Shown here one piece after another: positions 38,167-47,827 of a stretch of DNA of 64,000 nt (its first letter is position 1; the number at the start of each line of letters is the position of its first letter). The position numbers and the translations under genes are program-made. A model generated the notes under the pieces. That model was not told the origin of the DNA. It saw nothing but the letters and a program-made list of their open reading frames with translations, and did no database searches. The stretch spans positions 1 through 64,000 of the forward strand of contig JBGAGQ010000031.1 of assembly GCA_044226625.1 (NCBI GenBank), read 5' to 3'. The DNA comes from Thermoanaerobaculia bacterium. GTDB taxonomy: Bacteria; Acidobacteriota; Thermoanaerobaculia; Multivoradales; UBA5704.

Positions 38167-39564
38167 TTACTCCTCTCGCTCGCCGCTGGGCGGGGGCGAC
38201 GGTGGGGGCGATGGGATTGGATCGATGACTGGAGGAACGGCTGGACCGGGCTCCACCGGACCGGGCTCCGCGTCGAGCGGTGCTGGGGGCGGGGTGGAGG
38301 GCGCGACCGTCGAATTCGGCTCCGAGGGCGCCACGGGAGGAGTGGTTCCTGGCGGGGCGCCGGGGGGAGCGGTGGCGCCGGGAGATTTCTGCGCGTCTTC
38401 GTACCGCTTCTTGATCCCGGCCTTCTGCCGGTTGCGGATCAGCCAGCGCAGGAGCTTCGACTCCTCGACCCCGATCACGATGTCGTTGACCGCGTCGTAG
38501 ATCTGGGGATCGTTGATCAGCTTGGCCGCCGTCCCTTCACCGTGGGTCAAGCGATTCGACAGGTCGTTCAACTGCTCGATCAACGCGGAGAGATCGGAGG
38601 TGACCTTCTTTCCATACTCCTCGTCTTTGAGCAGCTTGGGGACCAGCGCGTCGCTCCCCTCGAGTCCGGATGTCAGGTTCTCGACGTTCTTCGCGGCGGT
38701 CTGGAGCGAAGCGAGCGTCTCGTCGAACCTCTGCTTCGCGGCCGGATCGTTGAGCAGCCCGGGCAGCAAGCCGGGACCGGTTTCGGCCGAGGCGAGGATC
38801 CGCTCCAGACGATCGAGAGAAAGAGCGAGCCGGTCGGCCATCTGCCGATCGTTGAGCAGCCGGGGTAGGGCGCCGTCCCCCGACTCGAGGCGGTTGGCGA
38901 TCCTTTGGGTGGACTCGAGCGTGCCGACCATCGACTCCCGCAGCCGCCTGCCGGTCGGCGTGTCCGCGGTGAGCTCGCCGAGCAGTCCCTCGCCCCGCTC
39001 CATGCGGCTCAGGATGTTCGAGAGCGAGTGGGAGATCTCGACCACGTTGCCCATCACGTCTTCGCCCGAGGCCACCAGAGCGTCGACGCTGGTCATCTGG
39101 GCGGCGGGAATCTTCCCCTCGTTTTCCACTTTCGGGTAGGCGGCCGAGCCCGAGGTGAGATCGATGTACTTGTCGCCGAGCAGGCCGAGCGTCTTGATGC
39201 GCGCTTCGGAGTACGGCAGGTCTCGACCCTTGGGGCCCGGCATCGCACGGCCGTCCAGCGAAGCGCGGATGCGATCCTCGTAGCTCCGGTCGACCTCGAT
39301 CCAGACGCGGATGTTCTCGACCGCCGGATCGAGCGGCAGGGTTATCCGTTCGACCTGGCCGACACCGACGCCGTTCAGCTGCACCGGGTTGCCCGGTTTC
39401 AAGCCGGATACGGTCGCAAGATCGATGTAATACCGGTTCTTGCGCTCGAACAGGCTTCGGCGGTCGCCGATCAGAAGGATGGCCATCCCCAGGACGACGA
39501 CGCTCGAAAGGATCAGGGCGCCGACGCGCGCGACCGTGCGTCCGCCGCGGTTCCTAATCGGCAT
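38167..39564 (-). CDS. mlaD: MlaD/MCE family protein with helical extension and Pro-rich tail
   Basis: N-terminal TM, GLKPGNPVQLNGVGVGQV, IKTLGLLGDKYI, GEGTAAKLIND. Confidence 0.85.
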   Translation of the reverse strand: MPIRNRGGRTVARVGALILSSVVVLGMAILLIGDRRSLFERKNRYYIDLATVSGLKPGNPVQLNGVGVGQVERITLPLDPAVENIRVWIEVDRSYEDRIRASLDGRAMPGPKGRDLPYSEARIKTLGLLGDKYIDLTSGSAAYPKVENEGKIPAAQMTSVDALVASGEDVMGNVVEISHSLSNILSRMERGEGLLGELTADTPTGRRLRESMVGTLESTQRIANRLESGDGALPRLLNDRQMADRLALSLDRLERILASAETGPGLLPGLLNDPAAKQRFDETLASLQTAAKNVENLTSGLEGSDALVPKLLKDEEYGKKVTSDLSALIEQLNDLSNRLTHGEGTAAKLINDPQIYDAVNDIVIGVEESKLLRWLIRNRQKAGIKKRYEDAQKSPGATAPPGAPPGTTPPVAPSEPNSTVAPSTPPPAPLDAEPGPVEPGPAVPPVIDPIPSPPPSPPPSGEREE

Positions 39565-40324
39565 GGACCCCCTCCTCGCGACCGGCCAGAAAATCGGCGA
39601 GCGACTTCGGTCCCGAAGCGTCGGCCTCCGCCCAGTCTCCCAGGAAGACGAAACGTCCCTCTTCGAGAAAAGCCAGGCGGTCGCCGATCCGGCGGGCTAG
39701 AGCGACGTCGTGCGTGACGACGACCGAGGTGACCCCGAGGTCGTCCTGGATCGACTGGATGAGCCGGCCGATCGTCGCGGAGGTGATCGGATCGAGCCCG
39801 GTCGTGGGCTCGTCGAACAGCATCGCCTCGGGGTCGAGCGCGAGAGAGCGGGCGAGCGCCGCGCGCTTCTTCATTCCGCCCGAGAGGTCCGACGGCGCTT
39901 TGTTCTCGACCCCCTCGAGGCCCACGAGGGCGAGCTTGGCCCGGACGGTCGTTTCGATCTCTGCCTCCGGAAGCGTGGTGTGCTCGCGCAGCGGAAACGC
40001 GACGTTGTCGTAGATGTCGAGCGAATCGAACAGCGCTCCGCCCTGGAACAACATGCCGATGCGGCGCCGGATCGGAAAGAGCTCGTGCTCGGATAGCCCG
40101 GAGACGAGGAGCCCGTCGAACCGCACCTCGCCTGCGTCCGGTTCCTCCAGTCCGTTCAATTGCCGCAGCGTGACGCTCTTGCCGGTGCCGGATCGGCCCA
40201 GGATCACCAGGCACTCGCCCCGCCGCACGGTGAAGTCGACGCCCGCGAGGACCCGACGATCGCCGTACGATTTCTCGAGGGCGTGGACGTCGAACAGCGG
40301 GGAGGTCACCGGGTGGCTCGTCAA
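39554..40324 (-). CDS. mlaF: MlaF-type ABC transporter ATPase
   Basis: GRSGTGKS, FQGGALFDSL, LSGGMKKR, DEPTTGLDP, VVTHD. Confidence 0.9.
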   Translation of the reverse strand: MTSHPVTSPLFDVHALEKSYGDRRVLAGVDFTVRRGECLVILGRSGTGKSVTLRQLNGLEEPDAGEVRFDGLLVSGLSEHELFPIRRRIGMLFQGGALFDSLDIYDNVAFPLREHTTLPEAEIETTVRAKLALVGLEGVENKAPSDLSGGMKKRAALARSLALDPEAMLFDEPTTGLDPITSATIGRLIQSIQDDLGVTSVVVTHDVALARRIGDRLAFLEEGRFVFLGDWAEADASGPKSLADFLAGREEGVHAD

Positions 40325-41073
40325 GTGAGGAGGTAGAACAGCTTGGTGAGGAGGGTGTCTGAAACCAGCACGAGGATCGAGGACAGAACGACCGTATTCG
40401 TGGTTGCTCGGCCGACGCCGTCGGCGCCGCCCTGCGAGGTCAAGCCATTGTAGCAGCCGATGATGGCGATGAAGTAGGCGAAGAAAAAGGTCTTACCGAT
40501 GCCGGAAAAGACGTCCGCGAGGGTCAGCGCGTCGAACACGTCGTTCAGGTAGAACCCCGGCGCGACCTTGAGCTGGATGACCGCCACCAGGAGGCCTCCG
40601 AGGATGCCGAGCGCGTCGCCCAGAACCGTGAGAGCGGGCAGCATGATCAGGGTCGCCGCGAGCTTGGGAACGACGAGCTTCTTGACCGGATCGACCGCCA
40701 TCGCGCGCAGGGCGTCGATCTGCTCGGTGACCTTCATCGTTCCGAGCTCGGCCGTCATGCCGGCGCCGATCCGGCCGCCGACGATCAACGCCGTGAGCAC
40801 CGGCCCGAGCTCGCGGACCAGGGACTTCGAGACCACCGTGCCCAGGTAGTACTTCACCCCGATCGCCGGCAGGCTGTAGGCGGTCTGGAGGGCCAGGACC
40901 ATGCCGGTGAAGATGGTGGTGATTCCCGCGACCCCGAGCGAGCGGACTCCGATCTGCTCCATCTGGGTGAACCAGAGACCGAACTCGTACGGTCGGGCCA
41001 ACAAGGCACGGAACGCTCGGGCCGCGAGGATACCGAGGCCTCCCGCCTCCTCGAGGGTCCGTCGCAAGTTCAC
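40321..41073 (-). CDS. mlaE: MlaE-type ABC permease
   Basis: VRELGPVLTAL, GRIGAGMTAELGTMKVTEQIDAL, GGADGVGRATT; start approximate (GTG 41073). Confidence 0.9.
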   Translation of the reverse strand: MNLRRTLEEAGGLGILAARAFRALLARPYEFGLWFTQMEQIGVRSLGVAGITTIFTGMVLALQTAYSLPAIGVKYYLGTVVSKSLVRELGPVLTALIVGGRIGAGMTAELGTMKVTEQIDALRAMAVDPVKKLVVPKLAATLIMLPALTVLGDALGILGGLLVAVIQLKVAPGFYLNDVFDALTLADVFSGIGKTFFFAYFIAIIGCYNGLTSQGGADGVGRATTNTVVLSSILVLVSDTLLTKLFYLLT

Positions 41074-41477
41074 CGGCGGATCATCCACCAGGACAGGGCG
41101 TGCACGGCTCCGAAAGTGAAATCGGCGGCCGCGAGCGGCCAGAGCCCCGACAGGCGAGGTTCCGCCCAGGCGGAAGCGGCCAGGACCAAGGCGCCGAGCA
41201 GGCGTCCGCCGACGGCCACCAGGATGATCGCGGTGTAACGCCGGAGATCGTGAGCCGCGGACAGGTAGAGCGCGGCGAGCATCAGGAGCAGGACCGCGAT
41301 CAACCGGAGATAGAAATCCTCTCCCGGAAGCGGCAGGCCGAGCATTCGTCGCGGAAGATCCGGCGCGACCACCATGACCACCGCGAACGCCGCGTCGTAG
41401 ATCGCTCCGACGATCAGGCTCAACCCGAGCAGGCGGATGAAGAAGAAACGGCGCGGATAGTTCATCGTTTCGAGCAT
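41070..41477 (-). CDS. Small 4-TM membrane protein, hypothetical
   Basis: Four hydrophobic segments; stop overlaps the mlaE start; TAGAAT 8 nt upstream of the ATG. Confidence 0.7.
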   Translation of the reverse strand: MLETMNYPRRFFFIRLLGLSLIVGAIYDAAFAVVMVVAPDLPRRMLGLPLPGEDFYLRLIAVLLLMLAALYLSAAHDLRRYTAIILVAVGGRLLGALVLAASAWAEPRLSGLWPLAAADFTFGAVHALSWWMIRR

Positions 41478-41563
41478 CGCTCGCGATTCTAGCCTCAAAG
41501 GGCGAGCGGCCTCGTCCGATCCCGGGTGGACGGCTCGAGGAGCCCGAGGGAGAATGGCGGCGC

Positions 41564-42343
41564 ATGATCCGACCTCGAGCTCCCTTGCCGACCGACCCCC
41601 CGCCGCGGTTCGGGCTGGGCGCCTGGCTGGTGACGGCGACGGGAAACGCTTGGTTGCTGTTCGGGAGCGTCCTTCTCGGCGCTCTGTCGGTGCCCGCTTC
41701 GTGGATTCCACCTCGTGGAAAGTGGGGTTTCGTCTTGATGCGCTACTGGGCGCTCGGCCTTCTTCGGGCGAGCGGCGTCGTGGTGCGAGCGGATCTGCCC
41801 GACACCATCGACGCGGCAGGCAATTACGTCCTGCTCGCGAACCACCAGAGCATGTTCGACATCCCGGCGCTGCTCACGACGGTGCCCGGCCCGGTGCGCA
41901 TGCTCGCCAAGCGAAGCCTGTTCCGCATCCCGTTCTTCGGCTGGGGGCTCCGCTCGGCCGGTTTCGTGCCGGTCGATCGGGAGGACGGCAGCAAAGCGCG
42001 CCAGGCGTTCGCCGCCGCCTCCGCGCACCTCGCGGCGGGAACCTCGATCCTGCTGTTTCCCGAAGGAACGCGATCGCGCACCGGTCGATTGGGCGAGCTC
42101 CAGCGCGGCGGATTCCTGCTGGCGATCCGCCACGGCCTGCGGATCGTACCCGTCGGCTTGCGCGGCACCCGCCAGATCCAGCCGCGGGGGCGTTGGGACA
42201 TCCGGCCCGGCCCGGTCGAGGTCCGGTTCGGCGACCCGATCGATCCGGCGGAATACGGCGTGCGGGGCATGAACCGGTTGATTTCCGAGCTCGAATGCCG
42301 TGTCGAGGAGCTCGCCGGTCTGCCGCCACGATCCGAGGGTTGA
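41564..42343 (+). CDS. plsC: 1-acyl-sn-glycerol-3-phosphate acyltransferase (PlsC family)
   Basis: ANHQSMFDI, FVPVDR, FPEGTRS. Confidence 0.85.
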   Translation: MIRPRAPLPTDPPPRFGLGAWLVTATGNAWLLFGSVLLGALSVPASWIPPRGKWGFVLMRYWALGLLRASGVVVRADLPDTIDAAGNYVLLANHQSMFDIPALLTTVPGPVRMLAKRSLFRIPFFGWGLRSAGFVPVDREDGSKARQAFAAASAHLAAGTSILLFPEGTRSRTGRLGELQRGGFLLAIRHGLRIVPVGLRGTRQIQPRGRWDIRPGPVEVRFGDPIDPAEYGVRGMNRLISELECRVEELAGLPPRSEG

Positions 42344-42348
42344 CGGTT

Positions 42349-42657
42349 CTACTCGCCCTTTCGCTCTTCTTTCGGCTCTTCTTTTCGCCGGTGCAGGCGA
42401 TTATGCGCCCTCTCGCGGAGGCGCTCGATCCGGTCCCACAGGTGGGGCCAGCGTAGGAAGGCGCGCCGCATCAGCCGGTAGATCAGCTCGTTGTCGAGCG
42501 AGAGGAGCGCCGCTCCCGCGACGATCGTGAGCACTCCCTGAATCCCCGGCAGGACCAAACCCGCGACGCCGACCAGGATCAGGACCCAGCCGAGGACGAA
42601 CACCACGATGCGGACGCCGAGCCGCAGCCTCGGACGCGGTTCGGGCGAATCGGTCAT
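42349..42657 (-). CDS. Small PGPGW-like membrane protein
   Basis: GWVLILVGVAGLVLPGIQGVLTI..G..LLS. Confidence 0.75.
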   Translation of the reverse strand: MTDSPEPRPRLRLGVRIVVFVLGWVLILVGVAGLVLPGIQGVLTIVAGAALLSLDNELIYRLMRRAFLRWPHLWDRIERLRERAHNRLHRRKEEPKEERKGE

Positions 42658-42700
42658 CGATACCTCGGCATTGGGGGAGTCCGCCCCGCTCGGCCGGGGT

Positions 42701-42730
42701 TTGACAAATCGGACGGAGGCGGTCCAGAAT
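42701..42730 (+). promoter_or_regulatory. Putative sigma70 promoter of the fur/iron-uptake operon
   Basis: TTGACA (42701) - 18 nt - CAGAAT (42725). Confidence 0.5.
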
Positions 42731-42740
42731 CGCTTCGTAC

Positions 42741-42761
42741 TATTGAGACTGGATCGCAATA
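42741..42761. promoter_or_regulatory. Fur-box-like inverted repeat
   Basis: TATTGAGA-CTGGA-TCGCAATA (8-5-8, one mismatch), AT-rich, just downstream of the promoter and upstream of fur. Confidence 0.65.
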
Positions 42762-42794
42762 AGCGAGCCGTGGGGAGATGGACGGGCGACGTCG

Positions 42795-43301
42795 ATGGCC
42801 GAGATTCGGGAGAAAGAGCAGTTTCTGGCCTACCTCCGGGGCGCCGGGCACCGGGTGACCTCCGAACGGTTGGCGCTGTTCGACGAGATCTTCGCCCAAC
42901 ACGGTCATCTGGATGCCGAGCAACTCCATGCCGCGATGCGCTCCCAAGGATTGAAGATTTCGCGTGCCACGGTGTACCGCAATCTCGATCTCCTGGTCGC
43001 GAGCGGCCTCGCGAGCAAGCAGAGGCTCGGGGGGGCGGGAGATCGCCGGTTTCTCTATGAACACGTTCACCGGGGACAACGGCACGATCATCTGGTCTGC
43101 GCTTCTTGCGGCCGTGTGGTCGAGTTCGTGAGCCCCGGAATCGCGGCGCTGCAGACCGAGATCTGTCGAGCCCACGGCTTCGTGCCGACCCATCATACGT
43201 TGGAGATTCGCAGTCTGTGCAACGACTGCGCGGCGGCGAGCGAGGTTTTGGCCTCGGCTCGGCCGACGGTGAACGCGAGGGGAGGAAACGCGGGTGTTTG
43301 A
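42795..43301 (+). CDS. fur: Fur family transcriptional regulator
   Basis: RVTSER, HLDAEQL, ISRATVYRNL, HDHLVCASCGRVVEF, CNDC. Confidence 0.9.
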   Translation: MAEIREKEQFLAYLRGAGHRVTSERLALFDEIFAQHGHLDAEQLHAAMRSQGLKISRATVYRNLDLLVASGLASKQRLGGAGDRRFLYEHVHRGQRHDHLVCASCGRVVEFVSPGIAALQTEICRAHGFVPTHHTLEIRSLCNDCAAASEVLASARPTVNARGGNAGV

Positions 43302-44622
43302 AGCACTGGTCATCACGCTGCGGGAGGGAATCGAAGCCGCGCTGATGGTGGGCATCATCGTCGCCTTCCTGCGCCGTCAGGGGAGCGAGCGTCATCTCTC
43401 GGCCGTATGGGCGGGCCTCGTCTCCGCGGTCGCCGCGAGCCTCGCGGGTGCCTATCTGCTCTATCGAATCGCGGTCAACGAGGAAGTGTTCGAAGGGCTG
43501 CTCTACACCGGATCGGCCCTCCTGGTCGCCACGCTGCTGATCTGGATGTGGCGCCACTCGCACGAGCTCGCCGGCGAGATGAAGGGCTCCCTCTCGCGCA
43601 TCCTCGATCGGCAAAACGGCGCCTCCATCCGCCTCGGTCTGTTTCTCTTCACCTTCCTCATGGTCTTTCGCGAGGGCCTCGAGACGGTCCTGTTCCTGTC
43701 CGCCGTCTCGCTCACGACAACCGGGCTCCAATCGATCCTGGGCGCTTTGGTCGGCATCGCCCTGGCGGTCGGTTTCGGCGTCCTGTTCGTCCGAGGAAGC
43801 CTGCGCATCGATCTGAAGCGCTTCTTCGCCGTCACCGGGATCGCCCTCTTGATCTTTACGGTCCAGCTCCTGATCAACGGCTATCACGAGCTGTCGGAGG
43901 CCGGTTGGCTACCGGCGAACGAGACGACCATGGCGACGGTCGGGCCGTTGGTCAAGAACGAGTTCTTCTTCCTCGTCGCGGTGCTCGCGCTCCCGCTCCT
44001 CATGCTCTTGATCCCGGGGCGTGGCAAGCGGCCGGAGCCGTCGGCAGGAACGGCGGAAGGAAACGCCGCGGCGATGCGCCTCGAGCGCGCGGCGGAGCAA
44101 CGTCAAGGGAGGGCCCGCAAATGGGCCGGAGTGCTCGGCTTCGCGATCCTCGCCCTGCTCGGGCTCGGCTGGGTCTACTCGGCCAAACCGAAGGCTCTCG
44201 ATCCGGCCACATCGCTGACGGTGACCGATGGACGGGTTACCGTGCCGCTCGCCGATCTCGCTGACGGCAAGCTCCATCGGTTCCAAGTGGAGATCGGCGG
44301 CCGGTCGGTCCGCTTCATCGCGATTCAGATCGAACCGGGCGACGTTGCCGCGGCGTTCGACGCCTGCGTCATCTGCGGACCGCACGGCTATTACCAGGAA
44401 GGCTCGAACATCGTCTGTCTGCACTGCGGCTCGGCCGTCTATCCGCCGACCATCGGGCAGCCCGGAGGGTGCAACCCGATCCCGCTGGCGTCGAAGAGCG
44501 ATGGCGGCAATCTGGTGATTGCCGCGGCGGATCTGGCCCAGAGCACGGCGTTTCCGGCGCCGGCTGCCGGCCATAGCGCCGGCATGTCGGACATGCCGGA
44601 CCCTGCGGGCCACGGCGGTTAA
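43294..44622 (+). CDS. FTR1-type iron permease fused to a DUF2318 (Cys-rich, predicted Fe-S) domain
   Basis: Two REGxE motifs (REGIE, REGLE), about 8 TM helices, then FDACVICG..GYYQ..CLHC..GGCNPIPL. Confidence 0.9.
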   Translation: MFEALVITLREGIEAALMVGIIVAFLRRQGSERHLSAVWAGLVSAVAASLAGAYLLYRIAVNEEVFEGLLYTGSALLVATLLIWMWRHSHELAGEMKGSLSRILDRQNGASIRLGLFLFTFLMVFREGLETVLFLSAVSLTTTGLQSILGALVGIALAVGFGVLFVRGSLRIDLKRFFAVTGIALLIFTVQLLINGYHELSEAGWLPANETTMATVGPLVKNEFFFLVAVLALPLLMLLIPGRGKRPEPSAGTAEGNAAAMRLERAAEQRQGRARKWAGVLGFAILALLGLGWVYSAKPKALDPATSLTVTDGRVTVPLADLADGKLHRFQVEIGGRSVRFIAIQIEPGDVAAAFDACVICGPHGYYQEGSNIVCLHCGSAVYPPTIGQPGGCNPIPLASKSDGGNLVIAAADLAQSTAFPAPAAGHSAGMSDMPDPAGHGG

Positions 44623-44634
44623 GGCGAGCCTCCT

Positions 44635-45882
44635 ATGTATTTACGCCTGCTCGGCGAATCGCTGCGCCGGGGTACCCGCCGCAAGCTTCTCGCGGCGACC
44701 GCGATCGCCCTGGGTACGCTCGGCGCGAGCGCGCTCGCCGAGGTGCTCCTCGCCTCCGGAGACCGTTTGGCGGCCGAGCTTGGCGCATACGGTGCCAACC
44801 TGACCCTCGCGGCGGCGCCGGAGAAATCGTTCCTCGCCCGCGACCTGGAAAAGCTCCGCAAGATCTTCTGGCGCAACAACATCGTCGCGGTCGCGCCGTT
44901 TTCCGAGCTGCGGGTGCGGATGCGAAGCGCCGGGTCGGTGGATCCGAAAGCCGCCGAAACCGTGGCGCCGCTCCTGGGGACCTGGTTCGATCACCCGGTC
45001 GACCCCGAATTCCGAACCGGCCTCGCGCGGGTTCGCACCACCCTCAAAATCGATGGCCGATGGCCGGCGGACCAGTCGGTCGGGGAGGTCGCGCTCGGAC
45101 GCCGTCTCGCCGAGCGGCTGGGGATCGGCGTCGGGGGCACGGTACGCGCCGATTTGGACGGACGAGAAGCGACCTTCCAGGTGGTGGGGAGGGTCGAAAG
45201 CGGTGGGGAAGAGGAGGAGCAGGCGTTCGCGCCGCTCGCGGCGGCGAACGTCCTGGCCGCGCCGGGATCGCCCCCCGATCGCATCGCGCGGGCCGAAGTG
45301 TTCGCGATGACCACCCCCGAGCTCGCAAATCGAAAAGACCCGGCGCGCATGAGCGGTGCGGAATACGACGCCTGGTACTGCACGGCCTATCCGTCGTCGA
45401 TCGCCCATCAGATCGGCGAGGCGCTGCCGAACGCGCGCGCCTCGATCGTCTCCGGGATCACCGACGCCACGGCGGAAATCCTGGGTCGGCTGCGCTCGAT
45501 CCTGATTGCGCTCGCGCTCGTCGCCCTCCTCGGAGGCGCGGTAGGCGCTTCCGCCGCAATGACCGCGACGGTGCTCGAGCGGCGGTTGGAGGCGGGTCTC
45601 CTCATCGCGCTCGGCGCGCCGCGCCGGCAGGTGGTCCTCTTCTTCCTGTCGGAGTCGGCGCTCCTGGGCTGCATCGGGGGCCTCGCGGGAGGGGCCCTGG
45701 GTCTCGCGGCGGGTCGCGCCGTGGGCGCCGGGGCGCTCGGCGTCGTCGTGCCGTGGGCTCCCGTGCTGCTGCCCTGGACGATCCTGCTCGGCCTGTTCCT
45801 CGCCGTCGCCGCGAGCGTACCGCCGGTGGTCCGCGCGCTCGACCGCTATCCCGCGGCGATGCTCAAGAAGGCGACGGCCTGA
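44635..45882 (+). CDS. MacB/FtsX-type ABC permease of the P19/Fet-like iron system
   Basis: ELGAYGANL, KIFWRNNI, YDAWYCTAYPSSIAHQI, VLERRLEAGLLIALGA. Confidence 0.85.
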   Translation: MYLRLLGESLRRGTRRKLLAATAIALGTLGASALAEVLLASGDRLAAELGAYGANLTLAAAPEKSFLARDLEKLRKIFWRNNIVAVAPFSELRVRMRSAGSVDPKAAETVAPLLGTWFDHPVDPEFRTGLARVRTTLKIDGRWPADQSVGEVALGRRLAERLGIGVGGTVRADLDGREATFQVVGRVESGGEEEEQAFAPLAAANVLAAPGSPPDRIARAEVFAMTTPELANRKDPARMSGAEYDAWYCTAYPSSIAHQIGEALPNARASIVSGITDATAEILGRLRSILIALALVALLGGAVGASAAMTATVLERRLEAGLLIALGAPRRQVVLFFLSESALLGCIGGLAGGALGLAAGRAVGAGALGVVVPWAPVLLPWTILLGLFLAVAASVPPVVRALDRYPAAMLKKATA

Positions 45883-46719
45883 ATGCTTGCGCGGCTGGTG
45901 CTTTCGAGCCTCCGCCGGAGGGCGCGGCAGCTCGCGCTGATCCTCGCCGCGGTCGCCGTCGCCGCGGCGACCGTCGCGGCGCTCGCCGCGTTCGCCGCCC
46001 GGGTCGAACGATCGCTGGGCGGCGATCTCGCGGCGTTCGGACCGAACCTCACCGTGCGTCCGCAGGTCGGAGGGCTCGAATCGATTCCTGGCGACGAGGC
46101 GGCCCGGGTTGCCGCGATCCCGGGCGTGCTCTGGGTCCACGGACCGGACGGGGCTCCGCTCGCGGCCGGAGCGCGGTTGGCCCGGGTCGCGAGGCTCGAC
46201 GTGCGCGCCGATTCGTCCCGGCTGGACGAGGTCGCTCGCGAGATCGAGGCCCGGGTGGCCGGGGTCGAGGCGCGCCCCCTCCTTCGGGTCAGCCGATCGG
46301 ACGAGCGGGTGACCCGACGGGTGCTCCGGCTGCTCGGCGCCGTCTCGGGCGTTTCGCTCCTGCTCGCGCTCCTCTCCGTCTCGGCGGCGACGGCGGCTCT
46401 GGTCGGCGAGCGGCGGACCGAGATCGGCCTCCTTCTGGCGCTCGGGCTCACGGTCGGGCGGGTCGGACGGCTCCTGGCCTCGGAGCTACTCGTCGCCGCG
46501 CTGGCGGCGGCGCTCGTCGGCGAGCTCGTGGGCGAGCTCGCGGCGCGCGACCTCGCCCACCGGTTGCTGGGCGGTTCTCTCGAAGGTCCGCTCTCGCTCT
46601 CGGCCTCCGGCCTGCTCGGCGCCGCGACCGTGGCGGTCCTGGTCGTCGGGATCTCGATGAGCATCGCTCTATCGCGCATCGGCCGGCTGGATGCGGCCAA
46701 GGTTCTCAAAGGGGATTGA
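45883..46719 (+). CDS. Second, shorter FtsX-type ABC permease
   Basis: LAAFGPNL, ERRTEIGLLLALG, C-terminal DAAKVLKGD. Confidence 0.8.
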   Translation: MLARLVLSSLRRRARQLALILAAVAVAAATVAALAAFAARVERSLGGDLAAFGPNLTVRPQVGGLESIPGDEAARVAAIPGVLWVHGPDGAPLAAGARLARVARLDVRADSSRLDEVAREIEARVAGVEARPLLRVSRSDERVTRRVLRLLGAVSGVSLLLALLSVSAATAALVGERRTEIGLLLALGLTVGRVGRLLASELLVAALAAALVGELVGELAARDLAHRLLGGSLEGPLSLSASGLLGAATVAVLVVGISMSIALSRIGRLDAAKVLKGD

Positions 46720-46723
46720 CGGA

Positions 46724-47827
46724 GTGAGCGAGCTTTCCCTTCGCAATCCCCTGGCGACCGGCCAGGCCGAAGCGGTCGGCGCCCGCACCGTCGATTCGCC
46801 GTTCGTCGAGATTCGCGGCCTTTGCCGGCGCTTCGGCGCGCTCTCGGCGGTCGACGACCTGTCGCTCGACGTCGCCCGCGGCGAGTGGATCGCCGTCACG
46901 GGGCCCTCGGGCTCGGGCAAAACCACATTGCTAAACATCCTCGCCGGCCTCGACCGGCCGACCGGTGGCTCGGCTCGGGTGGGGGGCGTCGACCTCGCCG
47001 ACCTTTCGAGCCGGGAGCTCGCGGCTTACCGGCAACGGACGATCGGCCTGATCTTCCAGCAGTTCCACTTGATCCCGTATCTCTCGGCGCTCGAAAACGT
47101 GATGCTCGCGCAGTACGTCCACAGCACAACGGACCGTGGCGAGGCGATCGAGGCGCTCGAGCGGGTGGGGCTCGGGCATCGGCTCGGCCACCTGCCGAGC
47201 CAGCTCTCCGGTGGCGAGCAGCAGCGGGTCTGCATCGCGCGCGCCCTGATCAACCAGCCGCCCGTGATCCTTGCCGACGAGCCGACCGGAAACCTCGACG
47301 CGGTGAACGAAGCGGTCGTGATGCGCTTGCTCACCGACCTTCACGAGCGCGGGCACACCCTGATCATGGTCACCCACGCCGCGGCGATCGCCGCCCGCGC
47401 GGATCGGGAGATCCGCCTCGAGCATGGCCGGCTCGCTCGACCGGCCGAGACGGCGGCCGAGACGGTTCCCACCCTCACCGAGATCTGGCGCCAGTTGATC
47501 GAGGAGCGCGCTCCGGTTTCGGTCGCTCGACGCGGCGTCGCCGAGCTCCTCTCCGAGGGGTTCCTCTTCTTCTCGGAAGGAAAGATCGCTTTTTCCGAGC
47601 ACGGTCATGCCCACGCCGCCGCCGCGGTCCGGCGCATGCGGCTCGCCGAGGTGTTGCTCGCCCGCACGATTGCTTCGGGAGAGAGCGAGTGCGGCGCGGA
47701 GAAGCCGATCGCCGACGGCTTCGAAGACCAGGTGTGCACCTTCCTCGACCACCCGACCGAATGCCCGCACGGCCGGCCGATCCCCCCGGGCCTCTGCTGC
47801 GTTCGGCCGGCGGGAGTCGCGGCGTGA
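46724..47827 (+). CDS. LolD/MacB-type ABC ATPase with C-terminal DtxR/MntR-like domain
   Basis: [28 protein letters not shown]; tail [11 protein letters not shown]...[20 protein letters not shown]. Confidence 0.88.
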   Translation: MSELSLRNPLATGQAEAVGARTVDSPFVEIRGLCRRFGALSAVDDLSLDVARGEWIAVTGPSGSGKTTLLNILAGLDRPTGGSARVGGVDLADLSSRELAAYRQRTIGLIFQQFHLIPYLSALENVMLAQYVHSTTDRGEAIEALERVGLGHRLGHLPSQLSGGEQQRVCIARALINQPPVILADEPTGNLDAVNEAVVMRLLTDLHERGHTLIMVTHAAAIAARADREIRLEHGRLARPAETAAETVPTLTEIWRQLIEERAPVSVARRGVAELLSEGFLFFSEGKIAFSEHGHAHAAAAVRRMRLAEVLLARTIASGESECGAEKPIADGFEDQVCTFLDHPTECPHGRPIPPGLCCVRPAGVAA

